A DNA stretch of 64,000 bases, from the NCBI RefSeq assembly GCF_020745735.1, contig NC_083409.1, forward strand, positions 9,103,534 through 9,167,533, written 5' to 3'. The notes below the pieces were generated by a model that was not told the origin of the DNA, did not search any database, and saw nothing but the letters and a program-made list of their open reading frames with translations. Shown one piece after another: positions 36,260-51,159 of the stretch (position 1 is the first letter of the stretch; the number at the start of each line of letters is the position of its first letter). The DNA is from Hemiscyllium ocellatum. Taxonomy: Eukaryota. The translations under genes were made by a program, and so were the position numbers.

Positions 36260-39200
36260 CAATCACGCAATCACTGAATTGTTACAGTGCCCAAGGAGGC
36301 CATTCCACCCATCCTGTCTGGACCGGCTCTCTGAATGAGCAATTCACTGAGTGTCATTCTCCTGCTTTCTCCCTGTCACCCTGCACATTGTTCATTTTCA
36401 AATAACATTCTCATTCCCTTCGGAATGTTTGAATTGAAGCTGCCTCCACTGCAATCTCAGGCAGTGCATTCCACACCTTAACCATTCACTTGCTGATAAT
36501 TTTTTTCTTCATCTCATTTTTGATTCTTTCACTAATTACTTTAAATCTGTGTCCTGTCCTTCTCAATTCTTTCATGAGTGGGAACATTTTTTCCCTATTT
36601 ACTCTGTCCAGACACATCCTGATTTTGAATTGCTCAAACAAATTTCCACTCAGCCTTCACTTCTCCAAGTTAGACAGTCTAAACTTCTCCAAAATTTGTT
36701 CATAACTGACTTTCCCCATCCCCGAACGTTCCATGGTATTTTTTTTTACCCAATCTGCAAAATATTCACATCCTTTATGAATTATTTCCCTTATCTATTC
36801 CCGTAATCCCATTTGATTGCATTTAGCTAATTTCCCCCATACCATTCCTATCCAGGTACCTGCTCAAATGTCTTTTAAATTTTGTTATCATACTCACGTC
36901 TACGACTTCCTCTGACAGCTCGTTCAAGCACGCACCACCCTCTATGTGAAAGAGATGCACCTCAGGTCCCTTTTGAATCTTTCCCCTCTTGCTTTAAACC
37001 TCTGAAGTTTAGCTTTGGACTCCCTTACCCTGGGGAATAAATCTGAGCTAGTCATCTTATCTATGCCCATTATGATTTTATAAACCTCTAAAATGTCACC
37101 CAGCAGCCTCTGACCTTCCAAGGAAAATAGTCCAGGCCTAACCAGTCTCCCCTTATAATTCAAACCCTCCAGTCTTGGTGACATCCTTTTTAAACCCTTT
37201 CCAGTTTAATAACATCCTTCCAATAGCAGGATGACTGGGAATGTGGCCTGATCAATACCTTGGAGGGTCGTACCAACTCCCACATGTAATACTCTGACCG
37301 ATAGAAGCAATTGTACCAAATGCTTTGTTCACCACCCGGACTACATGTGACACCAGTTTCAATCCTCTATGTGCCTCCACCCCTTGGTCTCCCTGTTTGA
37401 TACACTCCCCATGGCCCCACAATTAACTGTTAGCCCTGGCCTAGTTTTTGTACCAAATGCAATACCTCACTATTATCTCAATGTGTAATGTAAATGTACT
37501 ATCAAATAGCCTTCTTCACTGTCCATGAAACCACCAATGTTAGTGTCATCTGCAAACTCACAAAACATGCCTCCTATATTCTCATTCAATTTGTTTCTAT
37601 AAATGATGAACAGTGATGAACCCAGAACCAATCCTTTTGCCACACTGCTGTGGCCACAGGCTTCCAGTCTGAACACCACTGTCTGTCTCCAACCATTAAG
37701 CCAATTTTGTAGTAGTTAGCTTGCCCTCCCTGGATCCAACTTGATCTAACTTACTAACCAGTTGTCCATGCAGTACCTTGTCAAAGGTCTTGCTAAAGCC
37801 CATGTAGGCAATGTCTGTCATTCTGCTCTCTGCTATCTTCTTGGTCATGTCTTCAAAAAACTCAATCAAATTTGTAAGACATGATTTCCCACTTACAAAG
37901 CCTTGTGGACTATCCTTAATCAATCCTTGTCTTTCCAATGCATTTAGATCCTGTCTCTCAAAATTCCCTCCAACAACTTATTTCCCACTGATATCAGACT
38001 CACTGGTTTATAATTCCCTAGGTATTCCTTGCAGCCCCTCCTAAATATTGGCACAACATTAGCCACGCTCCAGTCTTCCAGCACATCACCCGTGGCTGTT
38101 GATGATACAAACATCTCACCAAGGGGTGTCAAAGTCTCTTCCCAAGCTTCCCACAAAGTAGTGGGATAGACCTGATCAGGTCCTGGGCATTTATCTACCT
38201 TTATGAGTTTAAAGAACAGCTTACAGCATCTCTTCTTCTGTAATATGGATTCTTCTCAAGACATCAACATTTCTTTCCTGAATTTCCTTCACTTCCATGT
38301 CATTCTCAACCGTAAATACTGCGGCAAAATATTAGATTGGTAACTCATTCATATTCAGTTTTAAAATAAAATATGAAAGATTCTAAGAGTGAGACATTTG
38401 GAGGTGATCCATAGGATATGATCTATGATCATGACTTTACTCTGGATTTTCCTTTGCCTTTTTCCACGGTCACCCTGAACCTTGTGATGCAATGATCACT
38501 CTTCCCTAAACGCCCTCTCACTGACACTTGATCTATTTGGGCCTCCTCATTCCCAAGATCCAGGTCTGGCAGAGTTTCCTTTCTGATTGGAATGGGAACA
38601 CACAGTGGGAGAAAATTCACCTGAGCATGTTCAGAAAACTCTGGCACTCTCTGCTCTTCACACTGCTCCTATTTCATTCTATATTCTGATAATTAAAGTC
38701 ACCCGAATGCGTGCTGTGAATTTCTTGCAGATTTGTTCCTCTCCATCCTTCCCTCTAGTTGGTGACCAACAGACTGCACTGAACAAGGTGATTGCATCTT
38801 TTTTGTTCCTTATCCCGAACCAAATCGATTCTGTCCTTGACCGCTCTGTAACATCTTCTTTCTCCAGCTCTGCACTGATCTTCTTAACCAATCCCACACC
38901 TCCCATCGTCCTCCCCTTTTCCTATCTTTAGTGAAGGCCTTGTATCCAGGAATATTTAACACCCAGTCCTGTCCTCATTTGAGTCTCAACTGTAAGAGTG
39001 ACAACACCAGATTTCCACTTGGTAATATGCGTCTGTAACTCCCCAATCTTATTCCCCACACTCCACGCAGGCCCATACATGCACACAGTCAGTTGGATTT
39101 AGAAATTATTACTCTCTCCCGCACTGTGACCCGGCCAAATAAGTTACTGTTCCTTACTTTGGAGAATCTATCCCTTCCATGATTCTGTTTTCCTTGGTAT

Positions 39201-42200
39201 TCCTCCCTGATATTTCCTCCTGGTTCCCTTTCCATGTTCATTTAAACCCTCTCCAACAGCACTAGCAAATTATCCCATAAGGAGCTCAGTTTATGCTCTG
39301 TACAAACCATCTGGTCTATAGCGGTCACATCTCCCACAAAGTCATTCCCATTGTCCCAAGAATCTCAAGGGCTTCCTCCTGGACCACCTTTCCAGCCTCC
39401 AATACACCCTGTTTTATTCTCCTGTTCCTATTCTCACTTGCATCGGTCACTGGGAGTAATCCAGAGATTCAAAATTTTGAGCTCCTGTTGCTAAATGCCT
39501 CCAGAGCTCCCTAAATTATGACTGCAGAATCACATCCCTTTCTCCCTCTGTCACTGGGACCAGGACTGCTGCCTGTTCCCCCTCTCCCTTCAGCGTGATC
39601 TGCAGTCGCTCAGTGACATCCTTGACCCTGACACCAGGGAGACAACACACCATCCTGGATTCCCATCTGCAGCTGCAGAAACACCTTTCGATTGCCCTTA
39701 CTCTCAAATCTCCTCTCATAATCGCTCTTCCAGTCTTCCTTGTGCCCCCCCCCGTACAGCTGAGTCCTCGTGGTGCCGTGGACCTGGCTTCGGCTGCACT
39801 CCTTAGATGAACCATCATTCTCATCAGGATTGCAAACTGAATCCTGGTTGGAGAGTGGGATGCACTCAGGGGACTCCTGTACTAGCTCCCTAGTTCTTTT
39901 GGACGGTCTGCTGCTCCCCCATTCCCTCTCTCCCTGCATACTCTGAAGCTGCAGAGTGACCACGTCTAGAAACGTGCTCTCCACAGAGCTCTCAGCCTCA
40001 CGGATGTGCCGCACTGACACCAGCTGCTGCTCAAGCTCCAAAACCTGGAGCTCCAATTGCTGTCACTGACAACACTTCCTAACATTCATGGCATTCCATG
40101 AGCTGGGAAGCATCCTGAAGTTCCCACATGGAACAGGGTGCACACTCCCACCACTCTCTGGTTATCCCTTGATAAAGTTCTGATGACAAACAGCTCCAAC
40201 AGGGCTCAAATACAGACCTTTCAGTGTTCCAGGGTTTTGCAGAGTCTGTTCAAAAGACAATATGATAACAGAGCAGAATTAGGCCATTCGCCCCGTCAAG
40301 TCTTCTGTGACGTTCGGTCATGGCTGATGTGTTTCTCACGACCATTTTCCTGCCTTCTTCCCATTATGTTTCATCGCCTTCCCAATCAGGAACCTGTCAA
40401 TGTCCGTCCGAAACACACTCAATGCATTCACCTCCACAGCATGAGTTCCACAGATTAACCACCCTCTGGCAGAAGAAATTCCTCCTCATCTCAGTCCGAA
40501 TGGATTATCCCCAAGTTCTGTGGCTGTGCCCTCTGGTCCATGTTTCTCTTCCTGGTGGAAACATCTCATCCTAGCCCACTCTGTCCAGGCCTCTCAGTAT
40601 TTTATAAGTTTCAATGCGATCTCCCCACGTCCTTCAGAACTCAATCAAGTACACATCCAGAGTCCTCAACCGCTCCTCATCAGACCAGGCTGTCACCCCC
40701 AGGGTCATTCTTATGAACCTCCTCTGGATCTCCTCTAATACAAGCACATCACTCTTTAGATACGGGTCCCAAAACTGTTGACAATATTCCAAATGCAGTT
40801 TGGCCAGAGTCTCATACAGCCTCAGCAGTACACACCTGCTCTTGTACTCTAACTCAGTTGAAATGAATGCTAACATTGCATTTGTCTTCTTAATTGCCAA
40901 TTGAATCTACATATTAACCTTAAGTGAAATCTGAAAGAGAACTCCTAAGTCCCTTTGTGTTTCAGAATTCCAAATTTTCCCATTTAGAAAACAGTTTGAG
41001 CCTCTATTCTTCCAATCCAAGGAGATAACCTCATACTTTCCCACTTTGTATTCCATTCGCTACTTCTTTGCCAACTCTCTGAGCCTTTCCAAGTCCTTCT
41101 GCAGCCTCCATGCTTCCTCAACTCTCCCTATCCCTCCCCTCATCTCTGTGTCATCAGCAAATTTAGGAACAATGCCCTCAGTTCCTTTTTCCAGATTGTT
41201 AATATATAATTAATTGTTACATGGATATCTGAGTTCCCAACACTGCCCCCTGCTGAACTGCATGAGTCACCAGCTGCCATCCTGCAAAAGACACATTGAT
41301 TTCTACTCTCTATCCATGTCAGTACCGGGCCCCAAACCCCGTGGGCACTTCTGTTATTTAGCAGCCTCCTGTGTGGCAACTTGTCAAAGGCCTTCTGGAA
41401 ACCCAAATAGATCATGTCCATTGGCTCTCCTTTGTCTAACTTGCTCATTGACTCCGATTATTGCATCGAATTCCAGCTTCTACCTCTCGAACTGCAGAGT
41501 GAATTGTAACACATTATGGTCACTGCTCCCTCAGAGTTCACTCACCTTCAGCACCCCAATCAGGGCTGCCTCATTACACATCACCGAATCCGGAATTACC
41601 TGTTTCCTAGTGGGTCTATCACAAACAATTCCAAAAAAGGCCATGAATTCCTTTCCTTGAGATCCATTCCCAACCCGACTTTCCCAGTTCACCTGCATAT
41701 TCCAGTCCCCATGATTATTGTAATCATCACTTTCTTTAATGCCTTTTCTATCTCCTGGTTTATTTTCTGCCCCACATTCCGACTACTGAGAGGAGACTTG
41801 TACATAATTCCCATCAAGCCTTTTGCTATTTTGTGGGTCCTTAAGTTGACTCACACAGGTTCTATGCTTTCCAACTCCATATTTCCTCTTGATATCGATG
41901 TAATTTCTGTTCTTCCTGACAGGGTAAACCTGCTCCTCACTCACCCCAACCCAACCCTCTTCACACATGTACCTATCTATCATTAGATACATAGAAACAA
42001 AAAATAATAGCTGCAGGAATAGGCCACTCAGCCCTTTGAGTCTGCACCACCGTTCAATATGATCATGGCTGATTATGCAATCTCATTATCCCATTCCCAC
42101 TCCTCCCCCATGTCCCTTGATTCCACAGGTTGCCAACATCAAAATAACAACCCTTAATCTTCGGCTATGACCCCTAGAACATCCTTCCAGCATCAGTCCT

Positions 42201-44450
42201 GTAAACTCTCTGCTTTCTGTCCGCCAGTGATTTCTCTCTTAATGTCAATACATTACCTCTGATATCATGAGGTTTAATTTAAGTCACTTTTGGCTTTGTC
42301 AAAAGCCTTTTGAAAGTCCAGTCACACAACATCCACTGGGTCCTGAGGGAAGGTCACTCAATCTGAAAGGCTAACTTCGATTGCTGTCAACAGATCCTGC
42401 CAGACCTGCTGAACCTTTTCATCAATTTTTGTTGTCCACTGATTCAGCCTTGTCCACTGTCTACTGATCACATCCTCTCAAACTTCCAGAAGATGTGTCA
42501 GGCCTGTTTTCCCTTAAGTAAATCCATGCTGACTTGGTCCGATCCTGTCATTGCTTTCCCAATGCTCGTTTACTGTATCTTTAATAACTGACTCCAGTGT
42601 TTTCCTCATGCATAATTCCTCATTTTCACTGTCCCCCCTTTTATTAAAAAGTGGGCTTACATTGGATACTGTCCAGTCCATTGGAACTCTGTCAGAGTCG
42701 ACAGAATGTTGGAAAATGATCAACAATGTGTGCACTATTTCGACACCCACTTTCGAAAATACTCTAATGAGTTGCTGGCCCCTGGGGACTTACAAGTTTT
42801 GATACCATCAGTCTTCCCAAGACCATTTCCTGATTAACAAGGATTACCTTCAGCTCCTGTTTCACACTTGACCCTCTATCCCCCTGCATTTCCTTTCAAT
42901 AGGATGTGCATCCCTGGATATTTAGTTCCTAGCCCTGATCCCCTTGCAGCCATGTCCCTGCACTACAGGCTCATTTACCTTGTTTCATAGACTCAATGCA
43001 TGTAAGTATAATACCCTCAGTCATGCATTGACTGCCTTCTTCTCATAGTTATCTCCTTTAGAAATCAAGGAATCCCTACAGTGTGGAAGCAGGCCATTCA
43101 GCCCAGACTGACCCTCCAAAAAGCATCCCACCCATCCTACGATTGCCATGGATAATCCTCCCAACCTACACACATTTTTGGCAATGGGAGGAAACCCAAG
43201 TAGACACGGGGAGAATGTGTAAACTCCACACAGACAGTCAGTTGGAATTGAGTCTGTGTCTCCGGAGCTGTGAGACAGCAGTGCTAACCACTGATCCACC
43301 ATTCCACCCCGTGGGGCCTCAAGTTCAATTCTTGACCCTTTCAATACTCTCTATCCTATTACTTGTTCTGGATGCCATAATAAAGTGTCCCGAGTCCCTA
43401 CCTTCTTTAATTAGTCTAAACTCCTTGGAAACTTCATTTACCTTGGTTTGTGTGGTACCACTTTGTCTACATTATTCCAAATGTTTCATGCGTTAAGAGA
43501 CAAAGCCTTTAAGAATGTTCTATATTGAGCTTCCCTGCAATTTAAAGTTTGCTCAGTACAATATGACATTCAAAATACTCTGACTCTTTTCTTTTATTTT
43601 CTGGTAACAATCAATTCCATCACTAGCCAGTATTCCTCCCTCCTCCTTCAACTTTCATTTCCTCATTTTCCATCCAACTGTTCTAGTTACTTTAACTTTG
43701 AATCATTTTCAGGCTGATACTTATTCCTGAACAAACATCACTCAAAAATGTTTCTTGGTTCATTGTTGCTTGTGAGATCTTGCTGTGTACAATCTGGCTT
43801 GCACATTTCCTACAATACAACAGTGACCACATTTCAAACAAATCCCACACTGTCTGCAAATTCTGGAACAGCATGGATCTTTCTTTACTTTGGATGAACT
43901 GGGAGTCTTTCAGTTGTGAAAGATGCCGTTCCAATATTACACAATCCTGCTCCTGAACTACAGTTCCTGCTTTGTCCCTCTCTTTTGTGAAAACAGACCG
44001 AAAGTTTTCATGAGGAACCATTGCTCCATCTCCCACCACCGCACACAAGTTCCCTTCCTGCTCTCGAATGGGCCTCATACATTCCTTCATTCATCTGTTC
44101 TTTATGGGATTATAAAACATCACTGGGATTTTCCGGACTTCATTAGGACACATTTCATCCTGTCAGCTCTTTGCTTTCCTCAGGTCCTGGTATTTTGTCT
44201 TTCAGCCCACTTTAACCCAATCCATGCCCAGTTTAGTAAAATGGTTTTGTTCCCGAATGAAAACTTTTACACTTTCTCTATTGTTCTCCATTTTCATCCC
44301 TCTTCTCAATCTCACTGAGTTCTGATCACGGTCACTGAAATGCTCCCCCATTGATAGCCCTTCCAGCTGCCAACATTCATTCCCTCAACAATGATCCAAA
44401 ACTATCCCTTCTTTTTCACCATCACCCTATCAGGGGCAATTAGGGATGGG
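36260..44450 (-). mobile_element. J-C intron filled mainly with antisense CR1/HER1 LINE fragments and SINEs
   Basis: CLTNLIEFFEDMTK, WSVANVVPIFRRG, RLGKSDH, RMVCCLPGVRVKDV (CR1 ORF1 esterase-like) and DMIYLGFQKAFDKLPH motifs. Confidence 0.85.
43072..43305 (-). mobile_element. HE1-related SINE
   Basis: Same body motifs (ggagaatgtgtaaactccacacagacagtc...gcagtgctaaccact). Confidence 0.75.
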
Positions 44451-44633
44451 CAATAAATGCTCGCCCAGCCAGTGACACTCACATCCCAAGAAGCAATTTT
44501 AAAAGTCCCTGTCCTTTTATGGGGTTTATTCGGTATTGAATATAAATGTTCAAATGGATTGATTGCCAGTGAATGTTCAGAGTTGAAATCCCTTTGAATG
44601 TCAGGGATTAAAATTGTTTCTCTTGTCTTTCAG

Positions 44634-44962
44634 GCCGTGAAAACTCTCAACCCAAGCTGACCCTGCTACCTCCCTCTCCGGAGCAGGTCAATGCCAAGGG
44701 CACTGCCACCCTGGTGTGCCTTGCCAATCACTTCTATCCCGATGAGCTGGAGGTGCAGTGGAAGAAGGACGGTGCAGTCATTTCGGACGGGGTTCAGACC
44801 AGCAACTTCCTGCGAGCTTCGGACAGCACCTACAGTGTCAGCAGCCTGCTGACCCTCTCTGGGGCTGACTGGGAGTCCAATGCGCGCTTCTCCTGTACCC
44901 TCACCCACGTGACCCTCCCCTCTCCCCTTAGCAAGAGCATTAGGAGATCAGAATGTGTGTAG
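44634..44962 (+). CDS. IGKC: Ig kappa light chain constant exon
   Basis: Pyrimidine-rich acceptor tcttgtctttcag|, phase 1 and matching J. Reads (S)RENSQPKLTLLPPSPEQVNAKGTATLVCLANHFYPDELEVQWKKDG...YSVSSLLTLSGADWESNARFSCTLTHVTLPSPLSKSIRRSECV*, a C1-set domain with the penultimate interchain Cys. Confidence 0.97.
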
Positions 44963-45480
44963 AGGGTTCAAGACAGTCCGCAGAGGAGACACAACTTTAA
45001 ATAGAACAGGGCTAAGTTGGCAGGACAAAGGTCATTGTCAACACTGAATATCACCTCTCTTCCTTCTTGGGATTGGCTCGGTGACATTTCTGAGGTTCAA
45101 GGGTTAAGGCAGTTCATTCAGATAATCAAAAGAAAGCTTTACTCTGTATCAAATCCCATGCTGACGCTGTTCTGGGAGTGTACAGTGATGACTTGTGATG
45201 CCAAGTAAAACCTCTCGGAGATGCTGAAGACAGTCAGCTGTACAAAACAATGTGAACCTCTGCAATCTCTACTTCAGTAAACCAGATCTCCTTCCTGCTC
45301 AGCCGTCAGTTCGAATTTAAGCTTCTGTCACTACTTCAAGGGACAGGATTCTCAGGTTATTGAGAAAATCTCCACAAGTGTTTTCCTCAAACTCCAGTGT
45401 GGCTGTGAATTTGAGCAGCTTCCTCTGTCTGGGCTGTTAATTGCAGCCTTTTTTCCTGTCAATGTCAATCTGGAAAAGGT

Positions 45481-45486
45481 AATAAA
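45481..45486 (+). terminator. Probable polyadenylation signal of the Ig kappa transcript
   Basis: AATAAA about 520 nt after the C stop codon, followed by a GT-rich tract (tctgtctcgtgtgtgttttgg). Confidence 0.7.
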
Positions 45487-46693
45487 GATCAAGAAGATTC
45501 AGTCTCTGTCTCGTGTGTGTTTTGGAAATGGCCAGAGCTACTGGGAACCCTGCATTGAAGAATATGACCAGCAGCATCTTGTTACTCAGAATAACAATTT
45601 CACAGCTTTTGGTAAATGAATATGCCTTAAATTAGACTTGTGTTTTCTTTCCTCTTAAAGTTAAATGGAATGGGCCCGTGTGACCCATGGAGCCAGATTG
45701 AGAATATTAAATCTGGGTAGTCTGGGAGTCATGGCTGGGGAGGACAGTCAATGATAAACTGGTTCCACTTTCTGCTGTCATATTCTGTAACCCCTGGGCC
45801 TTCTCAGTGAGAGTCATCCAGGGCTCAGAGAGCATTCCAGAGCAGTTCATTGTTCCTCAGTCCACATGTGACTTCAATAATCTCACTATAGGGCTTTAGT
45901 ATCAGTGGTAACCAATGGGGCTAAAATCTTATCCAAACAGAACCTCACACAGCAGGGAGGCTGCTGGTGGCTCAGAAACCCCTTTGATTCAGTCCCAGAT
46001 TCCACTGTGACTCTTTCATTCAAACATGACCATTAGCATTAGCACACTGACACCACATTCAGAGGGCAATCCTGAGATGGGGCAAGTTTGGTTCTTGATT
46101 GTGGGGAAATGGGGACTGGGTATGAAATGACCAGTCTGAAGCTGGTGGGGGAACTTTATAATGCAGAATAGAAACTTTTGTTAGAATAATTACAGGCGTT
46201 GTTGGAAGTGAGGAATATCTGAGTGATCTGTCTTCAGAATCCACAGACTACATGCATCTTTATGTCAGACCCTGAAGGCAGAGAAACTGCTCCTTGGTAT
46301 CTTATATTTCTCTATCTTTCCCAGAAAAGGTGAAGTATTCTCTGCCTCAGTGATTCCCTGGGACAGGACATTTTTTAAAAGGCTGTGGGAAGGGAAATGT
46401 TGCCCCTCAATGACAAAGCCAATGCAAGGAAGTGGAGCTGGCTCTGTGAAATGTCAGCGCGTAGAGGATAACACCAGAAGTAATTCAATGTTGTCGCTCT
46501 CTCCTTTGCAATTGCTCAACTGGTACCAATTACTTTTTGCTCACAGTTTGCTCTCTCGAATTTGATCCACTTGCCTTCCTTGCTTTGCTTCTTTTGACTT
46601 CAGTCTATGGGTAGTTCCATCAAAACCCAATCTCCTCACACTCATCCTGGCCCCTGAAGAGATTCGAGACAACACAAAACTGCAAATGCTGGA

Positions 46694-46940
46694 ATTAGAT
46701 TACTTACAGTGTGGAAACAGGCCCTTCGGCCCAACAAGTCCACACCGACCCGCCGAAGCATATACCACCCAGACCCATACTCCTACATTTACTCCTTCAC
46801 CTAACACTACGGGCAATTTACCATGGCCAATTCACCTAACCTGCACATTTTTGGATTGTGGGAGGAAACTGGAGCAGCCGGAGGAAACCCACGCAGACAC
46901 GAGGAGAATGTGCAAACTCCACACAGAGAGTCGCCTGAGG
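46694..46940 (-). mobile_element. HE1-type SINE, truncated
   Basis: attagattacttacagtgtggaaacaggcccttcggcccaacaagtccacaccgacc matches the copy at 10979-11297. Confidence 0.85.
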
Positions 46941-47928
46941 AGGGAATCCAAGGTTGACAAGCAGGAGGCTGGGAGAACACAGCCAGCCAGGCAGCATCAG
47001 GAGGTGGAGAAGGGTGTTTTGGAGGTGTTTTGGGTGTAACCCTTCTTTTGGAAGTTGGGTGGGTGAGTGCAGAGGGAGCTGCAGATAAAGGGAGTGGCGG
47101 GAGCAGGGTGGTTAGGTGGGGATAGGTGGAGACAGGTAGAGGGTAGGATCTGGTTTGTCGAAGGGAGGAATGATTCTGGATTCATCTCTCTCATCGACCA
47201 ATCAGTTCATACTCTCTATCTTTCTCAAACTATCCCCACCTCACCCCCTCGCTCCCACACACCCCTGCAACTCCCCAGACACCTATCCCCCTTCCTGAAA
47301 AGGGTTAAACCTAAAACGAAGACCCCAGAAGAGATTAGATGAGGTTATTTCATTGAATCAAATCATTGAGCCCATCAATCCTGAAAACAGATTCCAGCAT
47401 TAAAGTCACATTTCCTGTTTCCAAATGTAAAGTCTCTTTCACGCTGAAAGAAGGAAGCTCTCAATTGAGAAATGAGTAACTTTAACCCAGATCCTGAACA
47501 ACAGCACAACAGAATGGAGTGATATAAATCAGAAGCAATCTAAACACAGGGCAGCTTATAAAGTGCAGCACTGAGCGCAACTGACGCAGAGGGGAATGCT
47601 GGGAGGTTTGGTCAGTGTGGCAGTGTGGTGAACTGGGGGAAGGAGGTCGACCTTTGCTTTTCCAAACTGATTTGGAACTGTCACTTCAGCTGCTGGGAGC
47701 CGGCACACGCACTTGGTTTGAATGAAAGGCAATTATAAACAAGAAAATAGGAAGCTGGGAATTGTTTAGTTTGAGGGACTGTGGAAATAGACTGCTTCAG
47801 GACGTGTCTATTTGGGAAGGTTAATAAATGCAAAGTACTGAAACTTCAAAAGAGAGACTGAAGACAATTACTGTTCTAATGAAGTTAACACAACATCAGG
47901 TTATAGTCCAACAGGTTTAATTGGATGC

Positions 47929-47965
47929 ACACTAGCTTTTGGAGCAACGCTCCTTCATCAGGTAT
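47929..47965 (-). ncRNA. Hammerhead motif with a core mutation (GAAA to AAAA)
   Basis: - strand: AUAC CUGAUGA A GGAGC-GUU-GCUCC AAA AGCU A GUGU. Confidence 0.45.
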
Positions 47966-50900
47966 GGAATCGGCTATTACGAGGGGGCATAGCTTTAAAT
48001 TAAGGGTAGGTATAGGACAGATGTTACTGGTAGATTCTTTACTCAGCGAGTCGTGAGTTCATGGAATGCCCTGCTAATAGCAGTGGTGGACTCTCCCTCT
48101 TTATGGGCATTTAAACGGGCATTGGATAGGCATATGGAGGATAGTGGGCTAGTGTAGATTATGTGGGCTTTGATCGGCGCAACATCAAAGGCCAAAGGAC
48201 CTGTACTGAGCTGTATTTTTCTACGTTCTATATCAGGGAGTGCCGGAGATACGTGGAGACTTAGTATTAGAAGGAATTTGTAGGCCTCAGGACCGCACAG
48301 TTCAATTCCACGTGTAGTAAGGGGCAGGAGGATACGACACACGAGGAGGCAGATAGGGATTTGGAGAATTCAGTGGGACAGGAAAATCCCTCACTCTTCT
48401 CAACTCCCGTGAGAACAAGGCCAGACTTTCCAATCTTTCCTCATCACACAGCCCACTCATACCAGGGATCAATCGGGTAAAACTCCTCTGAAACATCTTC
48501 AATGCATTTATCTTCTTCCTTCAATAAGGAGACCAAAACTACACAGAATGCAGTATTTGAGATGTGATGACACCAATGTTCAGGCATAACTGAGCCATCA
48601 CAGTCTCACTTTCTGGTCCCGAATCAAGCCTACTCTTAGTTTTACGAGTGTTTTTTCTGTCCATCTTTAATTGTTCTGGACAAGATGGTGGCTGAGCCTC
48701 CTTCTTCAACTGCTGCAGTCTGTGTGTTGTAGGTCGACCCATAATGTCCTGAAGAAGGGAATTCCAGGATTCTGAGCCAGTGACGATATTTCGAAGTCAA
48801 ACTGATGAATGGCTTGGAGAGGAACTTGCTGGGCTGATGCTGCCCTTGTCCTTCTTGATTCAAGTAATCATGGGTTTAGAAGGTGCTGTCTCAGGACCTT
48901 TGGTGATTTTCTGAAATGCATCTTGTAGATAGTACAGAAATGTTACTGAATGTTGGTGTGGAGGGAATGGGTATGTGTGAAAATGGTGCCAATCAAGCGG
49001 GCTAAAATTTGATCAAGAAAATTTAAATAAAATAATATAAAACAACATAAAATGAAATAAAATAAAATGTTGCTGCTTTTTTGATAAAACATCACTGAAC
49101 CCCAAAAATTAACTCCTCCCTTTTACATGATAATGAGAAAAGAACTCTTGTTGGTGCAGTTTTTTTAATCATCTCAGAATATTCAAAGCTGTGAGCACAG
49201 AGCAGTCACGTTCCCGGACAAGATGGTGAGGTCCCGAAGACAAGAAACGAATGACGAGAAACATCTGTTTTGTTGGCACTCGTTGAATAATGAGCAGGAT
49301 TCCTGAGGGAATCTCTTCAGAATGGGATCTTATCGAGCCCCCTGAGATGGGGGTGGTCGGGATGTGGTGGGGGTGGAGCCTCAAAAGACAGCCAGAGATT
49401 GTGCAACTTTCAACAGTGCACCGAGGTCTCAGCCTGGATTCTGTGCTCTCATTTCTGAGGTGGCTTTCAATCCGATGACCATTTTGACCATGAGGCAGGA
49501 ACATTGTCCATGGGACCACGGTCAGTAACAATGTAAACTGTGTGACTCTGAAAGCCTGAGTCTGCATCTCAGCTCGGGAGGATATCAGCTCATTCATCAA
49601 ATCTGTTTCTACCCCTCTGCAAGCTGACCAGGTTGTTGGTGCCTTTCCAACACTGCCATGTTTCCTCTTGTGTCACAGCTCATTCTCCTGAGGGATAGTT
49701 GTGCTTGGAGTCGAGAAGTGTGGGGCTGGGAAAGCACAGCAGGTCAGGCAGTTGTGCTCAGGCTAAGGACATCACCTTGTCCCTCCGTCAGATCCTCTTC
49801 GAGAAAGTCATGGGTCACCACCGCCCTCTGCAGGACAATTAGGGAAGGGCAACGAGCAAGGATGGCGATGGGGATGCGAAGCCTCAAGTGCTATTCTCTG
49901 CAGTTTGTGGGCATGCTTTGATAGCTTTTGTTAGATCTTTGAGTATGATTCATTTTCTGATGATCCCAGTGTTAATCCGAAGGACACTCCACCATTCAGT
50001 CTGACAAACCAGGGTCACCCATGTCATGGCTCTGTTTCTGGCCGAGGCTCTTTCAAAGAGATGAATTCAAGTCTCACCAGTTTGATCATTTGAATTGTAT
50101 GCCATTTATTTGCCCGCCTGGGATGAGGCTGGAGTTGACATGTCGGTTATTTGTTGCCCTTCCCAAATTTTCCTGGATATGGCGGTGATGAGCCATGTAA
50201 TACCTGGGAAGCAACTGACAGGTCATTCGCACTGGAATCGACTGGAATGAATTTGGTTTTATTCATGGCTAATGGAAGGAGTCATGACCCATAATTCTCG
50301 GCTGCTGTGCAGGTATTCAATAGTTTCACTCTGCCCGAAAAATGCAAAGTCAGAAGTCACATAAAAGCAGGTTCTAGCCAATTGGTTCGTTTTAAATCAC
50401 AAGCTTCTGAAACGCTGCTCCTTCATGACGTGTACCTCAGTCCACCATCAGCATCCCCACATTACTGAACACTACAAATAAACTGGGGGTCTGAGTGGAT
50501 CTAATTGGATCCATCTGGAGAATCGGGGGGGGAGAGGGAGGAAAAGAGAGAACAGCTTGCGGACCAGGATAATTATCACATCACAACGAAAATGCCTTAC
50601 ATGCTATGATATATCAAAACGAAGTACTTTGGTGTGATTTTTGATTTTCTCCAGATTGTGCTTGTTATTCATTCTGTGATACACGTGGACTATGTCAGTA
50701 TTGGGTATCACAAAGTTTGTTTCCTCCATTAGACATTTTCCAACACACCCTTTCCATCTTGCTTTAATCCGTATTGACTCTTGGACATTCCCCCTGCTCT
50801 CTCACTCCGTCCCGGATCCAGAGGAATTGGTGGCCTGAGTTCATGACCCCGCACTGTGTGAAGGTTGGTGTGAAGTGAGGCCAGTGTGTTGGAGCTTGGG

Positions 50901-51159
50901 TTCCTGCCTCAGGCCCAGGTGTAGGGGCCTGTTCAACAATCTGCAAATTGTCCTTTTTCTCTTTCTGAATGAAATGGGTTAAGTTGCAGAAATGAGCTGG
51001 CAACAAGGTGTCTTGCCTAAAATGTTCCCAGCATTAAAAACAGAACTGGCATAGTCACAGGAAACAGAGGGTAGTGATGAAAGAATAGTTTTCAGAATAG
51101 AGTGTGGAGACTCATAATTTTCCACACGGTTCAGTGGAATTGGAGGAGAGCATCGCTGG

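Noticed and set aside
49169-49600. 143-aa minus-strand ORF in an apparently non-repeat block
   Set aside because: No recognisable domain, viral motif or supported splice structure; cannot be called from sequence alone.
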